Below are positions 1 to 8,732 of a stretch of DNA of 46,569 nt, in pieces. Each line of letters opens with the position of its first letter. Within the stretch, counting starts at the first letter, position 1. Below the pieces are notes generated by a model. It had not been told where the DNA came from, did no database searches, and saw only the letters and a program-made list of their open reading frames with translations. The position numbers and the translations under genes are program-made. This stretch comes from an uncultured Alphaproteobacteria bacterium. Its GTDB lineage: Bacteria; Pseudomonadota; Alphaproteobacteria; HIMB59; GCA-002718135. The stretch spans positions 1-46,569 of the forward strand of contig CACAVG010000001.1 of the NCBI GenBank assembly GCA_902535885.1, in the 5' to 3' direction.

Positions 1-515
1 TGCCAAAGCATATTATCAATAATTATTATCCCATTAGAAACTAATAGGTTTAGCGACAGTTCGTAATAATTTGGATAATTGTTCTTATCAGCATCTATAA
101 AAATTAAATCATAACTTTGTTGACGGTCTATCATACTTTGCATTACCTCAACACCATCTCCAATAATCGATTCAATTTTTGAGCTCATATTATCTAATTC
201 CCAATATTTATTTGCTAAAGGTAAAAATTCATCTGAATTATCAACAGTTACAATTTTTCCTGATTCAGGTATACCTCTAGCCAAAAACAAAGTGCTCATC
301 CCTGTAAACCTGCCAATTTCTAAACAGTTTTTTGCATTAGAAATTTTAGTTATCATTTCTAAAAACTGACCTTGTTCTTTTGCAATCTGCATTTGGGAAA
401 CACTACCAAGTTTTAAAGTTTCATTTTCTAGTTCGCTAATTATTTTATCTTCTCTGTAACCTACGCTTTGTAAATATTGAACAAGTGCTTCATTAATTTC
501 AGTTTGGGTACTCAT
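1..515 (-). CDS. Class I SAM-dependent O-methyltransferase (caffeoyl-CoA OMT-like, family 3). N-terminal ~171 codons only; the gene continues past the window start.
   Basis: Not in the ORF track because there is no stop inside the window. Manual minus-strand translation from the ATG at 513-515 gives MSTQTEINEALVQYLQSVGYREDKIISELENETLKLGSVSQMQIAKEQGQFLEMITKISNAKNCLEIGRFTGMSTLFLARG...DLIFIDADKNNYPNYYE. The LEIG.FTG.S and FIDADK motifs fit this family. The ATG overlaps the deoA stop (TAATG). Confidence 0.7.
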   Translation of the reverse strand, partial: MSTQTEINEALVQYLQSVGYREDKIISELENETLKLGSVSQMQIAKEQGQFLEMITKISNAKNCLEIGRFTGMSTLFLARGIPESGKIVTVDNSDEFLPLANKYWELDNMSSKIESIIGDGVEVMQSMIDRQQSYDLIFIDADKNNYPNYYELSLNLLVSNGIIIIDNMLW

Positions 516-1825
516 TAGTTTATGATTTCAAATATTTCAGATAATTTTTGAGTTTTTTTGTCTGAAATGATGAAACAGCTTTGTATTTTATTTATTAAAT
601 TTTCATCTATATTTTTATTTGAGTATAAACTTAATAAAGGAGTTGAAGAATTCACTTCATCACCAATATTGAGCACATTATCATATCCAACTCCATAATC
701 TATTTTATCGGTAACCTGTTTTCTTCCACCTCCAAGTTCAATAAGTATAAGGCCTAAATCTCTGGTATAAATTTTTTCTATCCATCCTTCTTCACTAGAA
801 AATACATCTTTTCGAACGGAAGTATTTATTAAATCTTTTTCATAAGATGATAAAATATTTTTAGACCCACCCAAGCCTGCAACCATCCTTTCAAATTTTT
901 CTGCAGCTAGTCCATTATTAATAACCGTATTAATTTTATTATAAGCCTCTTCTTTTGAAATTTTATAAATGTTTACTAATAACGAAGATATTAATTCATT
1001 AGTGATCTTCTCTAATCGGTAATCTTTAAAATCATTTTTAATATATTTTATGCATTCTAATATCTCTAGTGTATGACCGGCACTTTTACCTAAGACCTGA
1101 TTCATATCTGTTAATATAGCTTCACAATGTAAACCAGCTCCTTTAGCAACTCTTACTAAGGAGTTGGATAAATCTCTTGCTATATCAATAGTACTATTAA
1201 AAGATCCATTACCAACTTTTACATCAAGTACTAAAGATGAAAGACCGCTTGCAATTTTTTTTGAAAGAATAGATGATGTAATTAAGGGTAAAGATTCTAC
1301 TGTACCTACAATATCCCTTATAGAATATAATTTTTTATCAGCTGGTGCTAAGTTAGGTGTTTGACCGATAATTGCACAACCAACGTCTTTTACAACTTTT
1401 TTAAAAGTTTCTAAATCGGGCTTTGTATTGTACCCAGGTATTGAATCAAATTTATCTAGAGTACCGCCCGTATGCCCCAAACCTCTACCTGAAATCATTG
1501 GTACATACAGTCCACAAGCTGCAAGTATTGGTGCTAATATAACGCTCGTCTTGTCTCCAACACCACCAGTTGAGTGCTTATCACAAACCAACTCAGAATC
1601 TACAATCTCAGACCAATTCAGTGTATCGCCTGAGTTCGTCATCGCCTCAGTTAAACGAACAGTTTCCTCAGGTGTCATTCCATTTGCAAATATTGCCATG
1701 CTCATTGCAGCAATTTGTGCATCTGAAAAAGATCCATTGGTTAAACCGTCTACAAAAAAGTTGATATCTTCTTTTGACAGATCTTGGTTATCTCTTTTTT
1801 TTCTAATTATCTCTTGAGGTATCAT
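515..1825 (-). CDS. deoA: Thymidine / pyrimidine-nucleoside phosphorylase
   Basis: 436 aa. Family motifs DKHSTGGVGDKTS and SGRGLGHTGGTLDK are present, and length and architecture are typical. Confidence 0.9.
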   Translation of the reverse strand: MIPQEIIRKKRDNQDLSKEDINFFVDGLTNGSFSDAQIAAMSMAIFANGMTPEETVRLTEAMTNSGDTLNWSEIVDSELVCDKHSTGGVGDKTSVILAPILAACGLYVPMISGRGLGHTGGTLDKFDSIPGYNTKPDLETFKKVVKDVGCAIIGQTPNLAPADKKLYSIRDIVGTVESLPLITSSILSKKIASGLSSLVLDVKVGNGSFNSTIDIARDLSNSLVRVAKGAGLHCEAILTDMNQVLGKSAGHTLEILECIKYIKNDFKDYRLEKITNELISSLLVNIYKISKEEAYNKINTVINNGLAAEKFERMVAGLGGSKNILSSYEKDLINTSVRKDVFSSEEGWIEKIYTRDLGLILIELGGGRKQVTDKIDYGVGYDNVLNIGDEVNSSTPLLSLYSNKNIDENLINKIQSCFIISDKKTQKLSEIFEIIN

Positions 1826-2633
1826 CGAATTGAACTTCTTGTATAAATTGTTTAATTAAATTTAAAACATTGTTCTCTGCTAAACTTGCATTCTCTAAAG
1901 TTTCTTGATGACTTAATTTTGTTTTATTCATACCAGCAGCTAAGTTGGTGATTACACTGATACCAATAACAGGAAGTCCGCAATGATTAGCAACTAAAAC
2001 TTCTGGTACTGTAGACATTCCAACAGCATTTCCACCTATTACTTTTAAGGCATTGATTTCAGCAGGTGTTTCAAAATTTGGTCCTGAGTACATACAATAA
2101 ATACCTTCATAAATTTTTTGATCTATTTTTTTAGCGACTTGCATTAACTGATCTCTATAAAACTTATGATACCCATCACTCATATCATGAAAGCGAGGGC
2201 CATATTCTTCAGCATTGGGTCCAATAAGTGGATTGAAACCGCTCCAGTTAATATGATCTTTAATTGCCATTAGACTACCAGCTTGCATAGCTTCATCTAA
2301 ACTACCTGCTGCATTTGTAACAACTAATAACTTGCACCCAATATCCTTTAATACTCTTATGGGTGAAGCTAAGCTTTGGGGGTTGTGTCCTTCATAAATA
2401 TGTGATCTTCCATACATACAAACAACATTTAAAGTATTTATTTTTCCTAAAACTAATTTACCTGCGTGACCTTTTACAGTTGGCTGTGGAAAATCAGATA
2501 ATTGTTCATATGAAATTGATTCTTGAATATCTTTTTCTTCAAAAAAATTGGTTAGTCCACTTCCTAAAATTACGGCAATATCAGGTGAAGTATTATTTGT
2601 TATTTCTAGAAATTTTTTGGCCGAAGGTAGCAT
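1803..2633 (-). CDS. Purine nucleoside phosphorylase, trimeric PNP-I/PunA type
   Basis: 276 aa. Motifs ILGSGL, GRSHIYEG, VTNAAGSL, SGPNFETPAE and VGMSTVPE are present. It overlaps deoA by 23 nt and shares a TAATG junction with cdd. Confidence 0.85.
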   Translation of the reverse strand: MLPSAKKFLEITNNTSPDIAVILGSGLTNFFEEKDIQESISYEQLSDFPQPTVKGHAGKLVLGKINTLNVVCMYGRSHIYEGHNPQSLASPIRVLKDIGCKLLVVTNAAGSLDEAMQAGSLMAIKDHINWSGFNPLIGPNAEEYGPRFHDMSDGYHKFYRDQLMQVAKKIDQKIYEGIYCMYSGPNFETPAEINALKVIGGNAVGMSTVPEVLVANHCGLPVIGISVITNLAAGMNKTKLSHQETLENASLAENNVLNLIKQFIQEVQFDDTSRDN

Positions 2634-3049
2634 TAAAGATTCTCTGGGCCAAAAGAGTCTGGAAGTAATTCTTCGAGCGTAGATGTTTTCATATGACCAT
2701 TTTCGTTACACATATGAATCTTAGTATCTAAAGTAGCAAATTCTCTTAACCTCTGTCTACAACCACCACAAGGTGAGCATAATAATTCACCTGAACCTAT
2801 AACCACAACCTCTAAAATTTTTTTGTTTCCATTAGATATCATATTTCCAATTGCAGTTGCTTCGGCACACTGGGATTGAGGATAGGCAGCATTTTCAACA
2901 TTACACCCAGTAATAATTTTACTATCTTCTGTTAGAAAAGCTGCTCCTACTTTAAAATTTGAATAAGGCACATGAGCTTGTTCTCTAACTTTTTTTGCAG
3001 CCTTGAATAAACTATCAAAATTTTCTGAAACCATATTCTTGTTTAACAT
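2633..3049 (-). CDS. cdd: Cytidine deaminase (small homotetrameric type)
   Basis: 138 aa. Zinc and catalytic motifs CAEATAIG and CSPCGGCRQ are present. Confidence 0.9.
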   Translation of the reverse strand: MLNKNMVSENFDSLFKAAKKVREQAHVPYSNFKVGAAFLTEDSKIITGCNVENAAYPQSQCAEATAIGNMISNGNKKILEVVVIGSGELLCSPCGGCRQRLREFATLDTKIHMCNENGHMKTSTLEELLPDSFGPENL

Positions 3050-3075
3050 GAAATTACTAAAAAAATTATTTATTT

Positions 3076-4228
3076 CTAAATCTTAAACAATTCTTGAGAC
3101 AAATCAGGAAGTTCGTCTCCCCAAAAAACTTCTTTACGTAAAAATTCTGGATCTTGGTTAAAACAAATTGACATTGCAGAATTATAAACAGCCCTTGAGT
3201 CAATAGTAGAATTTAAATCTCTTCCCTCAAACAATTCTTTCTTTTTTAGTCCAGGCCAATCCGTATAAACTTGAGATTTTTTTAGCAAGCCTCCAGCAAT
3301 TAGTATTGCACTTCCATATCCGTGCTCAGTTCCATAACCTCCATTTTGTTTTATAGTACGGCCAAATTCAGTAAGAGTAAGAATTAGTGTATTATCAAAC
3401 GCTTGGCCAAGATTTTCATGTAAAATAGTAACAATTTTATTTACTTCTTCTAGTTCATCAGCATGCGCTCCATCAACACCTCCTTGAGCAGCATGGGTAT
3501 CAAAACCATCTAAATCAAATACAGCAACTCGAGGACCACTTTGATCTTTTAATTGTTTAGCAGCTTCAAGAGCAAGTTTTTTTCTATCATCAGAGTCAGT
3601 AGCTATTTGCATAGACAATGGTCTTTGTCTTATTGTATCAAGTGTAGATTTAATAAGCTCGTTATGCTCACCCTTAAATTCATTATAAATTTGATCTATT
3701 AACTTTGTTTCAACGAAATCTGGTGATGGGAAGAAATTATTATTCTGTGGAACACCCCTTAATAAAAGTGGCATTGGTAAAGATATTGCCAAACCTTTTC
3801 CTATAATATTTGAAGCTAGTAACCCCCTACCAAGCCATCCTGTTTTTTCTTTATATGGAATGTGTGCTCCAGTTTCCATTAAATTTTGCCCATCAAAATG
3901 TGATCTGCCTGTGTAAGGAATATTTGTTGCATGAACAAATGCCGCTTGATTTTTTTGCCAGAGTTTATGGAAAATTTCTAATTTAGGGTGAAGACCAAAG
4001 TCGCTGTTCAAATTAAGAACGTCTTCCAGAATAAGTTTTTTTCTCAATTTTTTGAGACGTTTATCTCCAATAACAGGAACAGCTGTTAAACCATCCATTC
4101 CCCCACGAAGTGATATAATAATTAGATTTTTTTTTCTGCATTGAAGCAAAACTTATTTTTGGAAAATATCCAGAAAGAAATAATGTTGTTGATCCTCCAA
4201 TTAAAAAATTTCTTCTTGTGCAGTTCAT
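3076..4228 (-). pseudogene. DUF1501 family protein (alkaline-phosphatase/sulfatase-like fold) with a twin-arginine signal. The reading frame is broken by one extra base in an A9 run; this may be an assembly artefact.
   Basis: The track ORF 3076..4149 (LRGGMDGL, DLDGFDTHAAQG, EFGRT..NGGYGTEHG) lacks a signal peptide. Another frame, from the ATG at 4226-4228, reads MNCTRRNFLIGGSTTLFLSGYFPKISFASMQKKK, a Tat motif (TRRNFL). It runs into the T9 run at 4127-4135 (plus strand). Removing one base joins the two frames. That ATG overlaps the DUF1800 stop (ATGA). Confidence 0.8.
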
Positions 4229-5661
4229 ATTTTTAATACTCCTGGCAAATTACAAATAACTCCATACTTTTGCCCTAAATCATAATCTAATGTGCCAAAT
4301 CTAAAATTCTCAATAAGTGATGCCATATTTTCATGATCTTCGAAATTATTTTTAAGACAAGCTAAAATAAAATCATGGGATCTGTTTCCAGATTTAACAA
4401 GCATGGGAAGTTCAACTGAAGCAAACCAAAAGCGACGTAATAATAATTCTGGTGATACCCAATCTACCTCCAAATCACTCCAACCATTAGGTTGTTTGGC
4501 ACGATAAGGTGAATGACCTATTTCTCTAAGTATCCATGATAATTGTCTTTGCCTATTATTTGGCTTTGACTTAAAAGTATAATTCATTTTTTCAAAAGAA
4601 AGCGGAATATTTAAATCAAACATTCTAGATAATTGCATTAACCATATTTCAGGTGGATGAAATTTATGTGTAATCTCATTATATTTATAAGCTTGCGTTA
4701 TAACTGCTTTGTGAATTTCAATTAAGTTTCCATCGGATTTGTTCCATGCTTCTATTACTGGGTTTATCATTTCATCTGTTGGTTCATCTGTAATAAAATG
4801 TCTACATAATTTTGTTGAAACAAATTTGATGCAGATTGGGTGTGTTGCTAAATCATGAATTACTTTAGCAAGTTCTCTTTTTGCGTCATTTTTATATTTA
4901 ACTCCTAAAACAATTTTATCTCCCTTTTGATGCATTTCTTGATCAAACCATATATCACCGGTTTCTAAGTTTTTTCTATCCCATTTGTGAGCCCAACCTG
5001 TCATGATATAGGCTAATTGAATCACATCTTCCTGTGTGTATCCGGCATTTGGAGATACTGTATGTAACTCTAACAATTCTCTTGCATGATTTTCGTTTAT
5101 AGTTTCTCCCCACTCCATTCCTTTTTTAGAATTGGGACCAAAAGATTCTGAATTATCAAGGTGATGAATCATACACCATGAAGTCGTTACTGACTGAACC
5201 ATTTCTTCAAAAGTTTTAACCATGTTAGGTCTAATAATTTCACGTTGATAGGGTCCGGTACTAAACTCTGCTAGAAAATCTTTTTCACTTATTGCAAAAT
5301 GATTTCCCCAAAAAAGCCAGAAACGCTCGAAAACAGGTTGTTTGGAATACTTTGTTTGAAAATGACGAATAGCATGCTCATTTAATTCAAAATATCTTTC
5401 ACCAGTTTTTATTCTTAATTCATCTTTTGCTTTTCTATACGCATGTTTATCGTTTTTAAATTTTTTTCTCAAAACTTCTCTATCTCCGTACACCCATTCA
5501 CCATATTTTTTTCTTAAATCTTTTTCTGCTGGGATTGTTCCGGGCCACAAGAGATCGGGTATGGTATCTAATTGATTTATTGCCCAATTAAGAGGATCTT
5601 TATCTGGTTTTTCATTTGGCGACAGGCCAAACGCTACTCGTCTATAAAAATTTAATGACAT
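4225..5661 (-). CDS. DUF1800 family protein (function unknown)
   Basis: 478 aa. DUF1800-like blocks are present: FWLFWGNHFA, INENHARELLELHTV, YTQEDVIQLAYIMTGW, FDQEMHQKGDK and QPNGW. It is paired with DUF1501, as is usual for this family. Confidence 0.8.
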   Translation of the reverse strand: MSLNFYRRVAFGLSPNEKPDKDPLNWAINQLDTIPDLLWPGTIPAEKDLRKKYGEWVYGDREVLRKKFKNDKHAYRKAKDELRIKTGERYFELNEHAIRHFQTKYSKQPVFERFWLFWGNHFAISEKDFLAEFSTGPYQREIIRPNMVKTFEEMVQSVTTSWCMIHHLDNSESFGPNSKKGMEWGETINENHARELLELHTVSPNAGYTQEDVIQLAYIMTGWAHKWDRKNLETGDIWFDQEMHQKGDKIVLGVKYKNDAKRELAKVIHDLATHPICIKFVSTKLCRHFITDEPTDEMINPVIEAWNKSDGNLIEIHKAVITQAYKYNEITHKFHPPEIWLMQLSRMFDLNIPLSFEKMNYTFKSKPNNRQRQLSWILREIGHSPYRAKQPNGWSDLEVDWVSPELLLRRFWFASVELPMLVKSGNRSHDFILACLKNNFEDHENMASLIENFRFGTLDYDLGQKYGVICNLPGVLKI

Positions 5662-5713
5662 ATATAAAAAAAAATAGTTTACATATATTTATAATTTTTA
5701 AAAATAAAATTTA

Positions 5714-6364
5714 ATGAAAAATATACCTCTAAAAATTTGTGGCATAACAAATGTGAAATCTGTTGAAGTGGCACATAAAAATAAAATAAAATCATTGGGT
5801 TTTGCAAGTAAAAATTTAAATGGACCAAACACAGTTAGTGATAAAAAAATACAATCATTAATTAAAGAATGTAAAAATTATAAGATAGAATCAGTACTTC
5901 TGACTCGGTATGTATCTTTAGACAAGCTAATAGAGCAAATAGATTTTACAAAGCCAAAGACAATTTCATGTTCATATCATTTTCCCAAAAAAGATTTATT
6001 AAAAATAAAAAAAATATTTAGAAGATTAAAAATTGGGATTGCAATTAATCCAGAAAATTTTGATAAAAAATACATTGAATCAATTAGAAAAATTGTTGAT
6101 GTTATTTATTTTGATATGAATGTTTATAGGAAAAAGAGTATTAAAAAGTATTCATTGAGAAAAAGTATTAAACAAATACAGTTTATAAAAAGTAAAAATA
6201 TTCCAGTTTATATTGGTGGAGGTATAGACAAAAAAAATGTTTCCAACATTCTAAAACAAATAACACCTTTTGGATTAGATATTTCTAGAAGCTTGAAAAA
6301 TCAGAGAAATTTAATTTCTAAATCAAAACTCAAAGATTTTTTAAATCAAATTTCGGTAGGATAA
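5714..6364 (+). CDS. Divergent TrpF-like (phosphoribosylanthranilate isomerase family) TIM-barrel protein
   Basis: 216 aa. The N-terminal LKICGIT motif carries the catalytic Cys position. IYFDM matches the Asp position, and the C-terminal VYIGGGIDKKNV...FGLDISRSL matches the LAGGL..eNV...vDvsSGvE blocks. The usual GGTG..FDW segment is not recognisable. The protein is very Lys/Asn/Ile-rich. Confidence 0.5.
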   Translation: MKNIPLKICGITNVKSVEVAHKNKIKSLGFASKNLNGPNTVSDKKIQSLIKECKNYKIESVLLTRYVSLDKLIEQIDFTKPKTISCSYHFPKKDLLKIKKIFRRLKIGIAINPENFDKKYIESIRKIVDVIYFDMNVYRKKSIKKYSLRKSIKQIQFIKSKNIPVYIGGGIDKKNVSNILKQITPFGLDISRSLKNQRNLISKSKLKDFLNQISVG

Positions 6365-6841
6365 TCGTTTAATAATATATTTATTTTGCAACTCTTTCGA
6401 TAAGACTTTTATTGATTTTTTTTCAAGCGGATGCCTGAAAAATGGATCAATATCTAGTACTGGATATAACACAAAGTCTCTTTCAGCTGCTCTTGGGTGA
6501 GGTATTATTAAATTTTTTTTATTAAATATTTGTTTGCCAAAAAAAATAATATCCAAATCAATGTTTCTTGGACCATTGATAATTTTTTTATTTTTTTTTA
6601 ATTTTTTTTCAATTTCATAAATATTATTTATTAATTCTAATGGTTGCTGGTTGGTTAATAGTTTTATTGCAGTATTAAAAAAATTACTTTGCGATTTGTA
6701 TCCATACGGGGAAGAAATATAAATATTTGCAAATTTTTTTATATTACCAATATTTTCTAATTCTCTAACGGCACAGCGTAAATTAAATATAGCATTACCT
6801 AGATTTGAGCCAAGTGCGATTATTGTTTCAGTTTGATACAC
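6341..6841 (-). CDS. folK: 2-amino-4-hydroxy-6-hydroxymethyldihydropteridine pyrophosphokinase (HPPK)
   Basis: 166 aa. Motifs IALGSNLG, GPRNIDLDIIFF, IIPHPRAAERDFVLYPV are present. Confidence 0.85.
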   Translation of the reverse strand: MYQTETIIALGSNLGNAIFNLRCAVRELENIGNIKKFANIYISSPYGYKSQSNFFNTAIKLLTNQQPLELINNIYEIEKKLKKNKKIINGPRNIDLDIIFFGKQIFNKKNLIIPHPRAAERDFVLYPVLDIDPFFRHPLEKKSIKVLSKELQNKYIIKRLSYRNLI

Positions 6842-7172
6842 TTAGAGATTTAGCTCCATATTTTTTTGCTACAGCTGTTTTATTAATTGTAATTTTAACT
6901 TTTTTTATTTTAAATTTTTTTTCAAGAGCATTGGATGTTTTTATTATTAAATGCTCAAGAGTATGTGATTGAGATTCCTTTATGAAAGTTTTTAAATATT
7001 TTGTAATAGATGAATAATCCTTAACATTATTTATATTGTTTAAATCTATTGAGTTTTTAACAGGATAACTAAATTCTAATGTTACCTTTAACAACTGTTT
7101 TTTCTTTCTCTCTTGAGCAGTGATACCTATATTTGCACTGATGGATAAGTTTTTAATTTCTACTTTGAACAT
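6828..7172 (-). CDS. folB: Dihydroneopterin aldolase
   Basis: 114 aa. It shows the FolB-like pattern (IGITAQERKKKQLLKVTLEF...DYSSI...LEHL). Its position between folP and folK supports the call. Confidence 0.7.
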   Translation of the reverse strand: MFKVEIKNLSISANIGITAQERKKKQLLKVTLEFSYPVKNSIDLNNINNVKDYSSITKYLKTFIKESQSHTLEHLIIKTSNALEKKFKIKKVKITINKTAVAKKYGAKSLSVSN

Positions 7173-7979
7173 AGTTTTTCAAAAATTTTTAATGATTGAG
7201 ACGTTTCTTTTATGTCGTGAACTCTAAATATATCAACTCCCTTTTGATAACAATATAATGCAGAAGCGATAGAACCTCCCAATCTTTGATTTGTTTCACT
7301 TTTATCTATGAAGCTGATCCAGCTTTTTCTAGATGATCCTAATAATAATCCATATCCCTTAAACTTAAACTGATTAATTTTTTGCATGATTTCTATATTC
7401 TGTTTTAAATTTTTACCAAAACCAATACCTGGGTCAAACCATACTTTGGATGAAGGAATTTTTATTTTTTCTAATTGTTTAATTTTCTGAAGAAATATTT
7501 TTTTAATATCTTGTACAACATTATTATATGAGTGTATTTTCTTTTGCATAGTTTTAGGTGGTGCAGGTGTGTGCATTAAAATTAAACCAGTTTTAAATTT
7601 TTTAGTTAAAAAGAATAAATCTTCAGAACCACCGAATACATCATTTATAATATGTGCTCCCATATTTAATGCATATTCTTGTGTTTCAATTTTATTAGTA
7701 TCAACTGATATGACAAATTTATTTTTTGGCAATTTTTTTTAATATCGGGTCTAATCTTTTAACTTCTTCTTTGTGTGTTAATGGATCTGAGCCAGGTCTT
7801 GTACTTTCTGCTCCAATATCAATAATACTTGCTCCATTTTTTACCATTTCTTTAATATTTTTTAGTGCATCTGAACTTTTAAAGCTCTTTCCACCATCAC
7901 TAAAAGAGTCGGGAGTAACATTACATATTCCCATTACCGTTGGACTAGATAGTTTAAAATTATAATTTCCTAATTTCAT
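7160..7979 (-). pseudogene. folP: Dihydropteroate synthase, split into 86-aa N-terminal and 190-aa C-terminal ORFs by a one-base frameshift in an A-run; this may be an assembly artefact.
   Basis: ORF 7719..7979 carries VMGICNVTPDSFSDGG and IIDIGAESTRPG. ORF 7160..7732 carries ISVDT, GAHIINDV, DPGIGFGK, GSSRKS and RVHDV. The two frames meet at T6 (7722-7727) and T8 (7733-7740). Deleting one base in either run gives a colinear DHPS. Confidence 0.85.
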
Positions 7980-8732
7980 TTCAATAATATTTTTGAATAT
8001 TTTTTTGATAACAAATTATACATTTTCATTGAAGATCTATACCAATTAAATTGTTTAATAAAAGAAATACTAACCACACCTTTACCAGAACCAACTAAAA
8101 GTATTTCACTAAATTGATGTAGACTAGAAATATTAATATCTGTTCTATGAATTTTATAAGGTAGATTTTTAATTAAGTATTCTAGAGTAATTCCATAATA
8201 ATAGTAATTTTTTTGGAATGAATAATTTATTACTGTTTACAAAAATTAAATTGGTCGTAGAACCTTCTAAAATTTTATTGTTAAAATAAAAAAGAATCTC
8301 TTCTTTTTGTAAATTAATTTTTTTTTGTAAAGAAATTATTTTTTTGTACTGTAAGTTTTTGAAGTTAGGTAAAGCCCGTTGGAATCTAAAAAATTCTGCA
8401 GTAAAATACTTATGATCTTTTTTTCGTTTACGTACAGATAATGAGATTATTTTTTTTGTGACTGCAATTCTTAATAGGTGGTCGTAATTTTTAATTTTAG
8501 AATATTTATTTAAAAAATTGGTTAAAAGATTTTTTGAAATTTTAATATCAATGCCAAAGTATCTTAAATCTTTATTTAGTTTTTTTAAATGCTGATCAAC
8601 TAAGATAAAATTTGGCTCTTTGCCAAATAGTCTAATGGTTGTAAAGATGCCCTTGTATCCCCAAAGAGAATTGAACTTAAGTAATTTAAAATTCTTAGTG
8701 TGAAAGGATTTTTTTAATAAGATATTTTCCAT
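7976..8732 (-). pseudogene. pabC: Aminodeoxychorismate lyase (class IV aminotransferase fold), frameshifted at an A7 run. The true C-terminus lies in the apparent intergenic gap; this may be an assembly artefact.
   Basis: Track ORF 8169..8732 ends ...LFIPKKLLLLWNYSRILN*. Dropping one base of the T7 run at 8208-8214 gives ...LFIPKNYYYYGITLEYLIKNLPYKIHRTDINISSLHQFSEILLVGSGKGVVSISFIKQ...KILLK*. That is 76 further stop-free codons, ending at a TGA (7976-7978) that overlaps the folP ATG (ATGA). GIT..., EILLVGS.KGVVSI match the family C-terminus. Confidence 0.65.

Noticed and set aside
5662-5713. Sigma-70 -35/-10 hexamers (TTTACA, TATAAT) in the divergent DUF1800 / TrpF-like spacer and in other short spacers
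   Set aside because: In DNA this AT-rich, -10-like hexamers occur everywhere. The spacings I could find were not the canonical 16-18 nt, so these are not reported as features.
7980-8168. Apparent 190-bp intergenic region that might hold a regulatory RNA
   Set aside because: It is explained as the out-of-frame C-terminal coding part of pabC (76 stop-free codons ending in ATGA coupling with folP).
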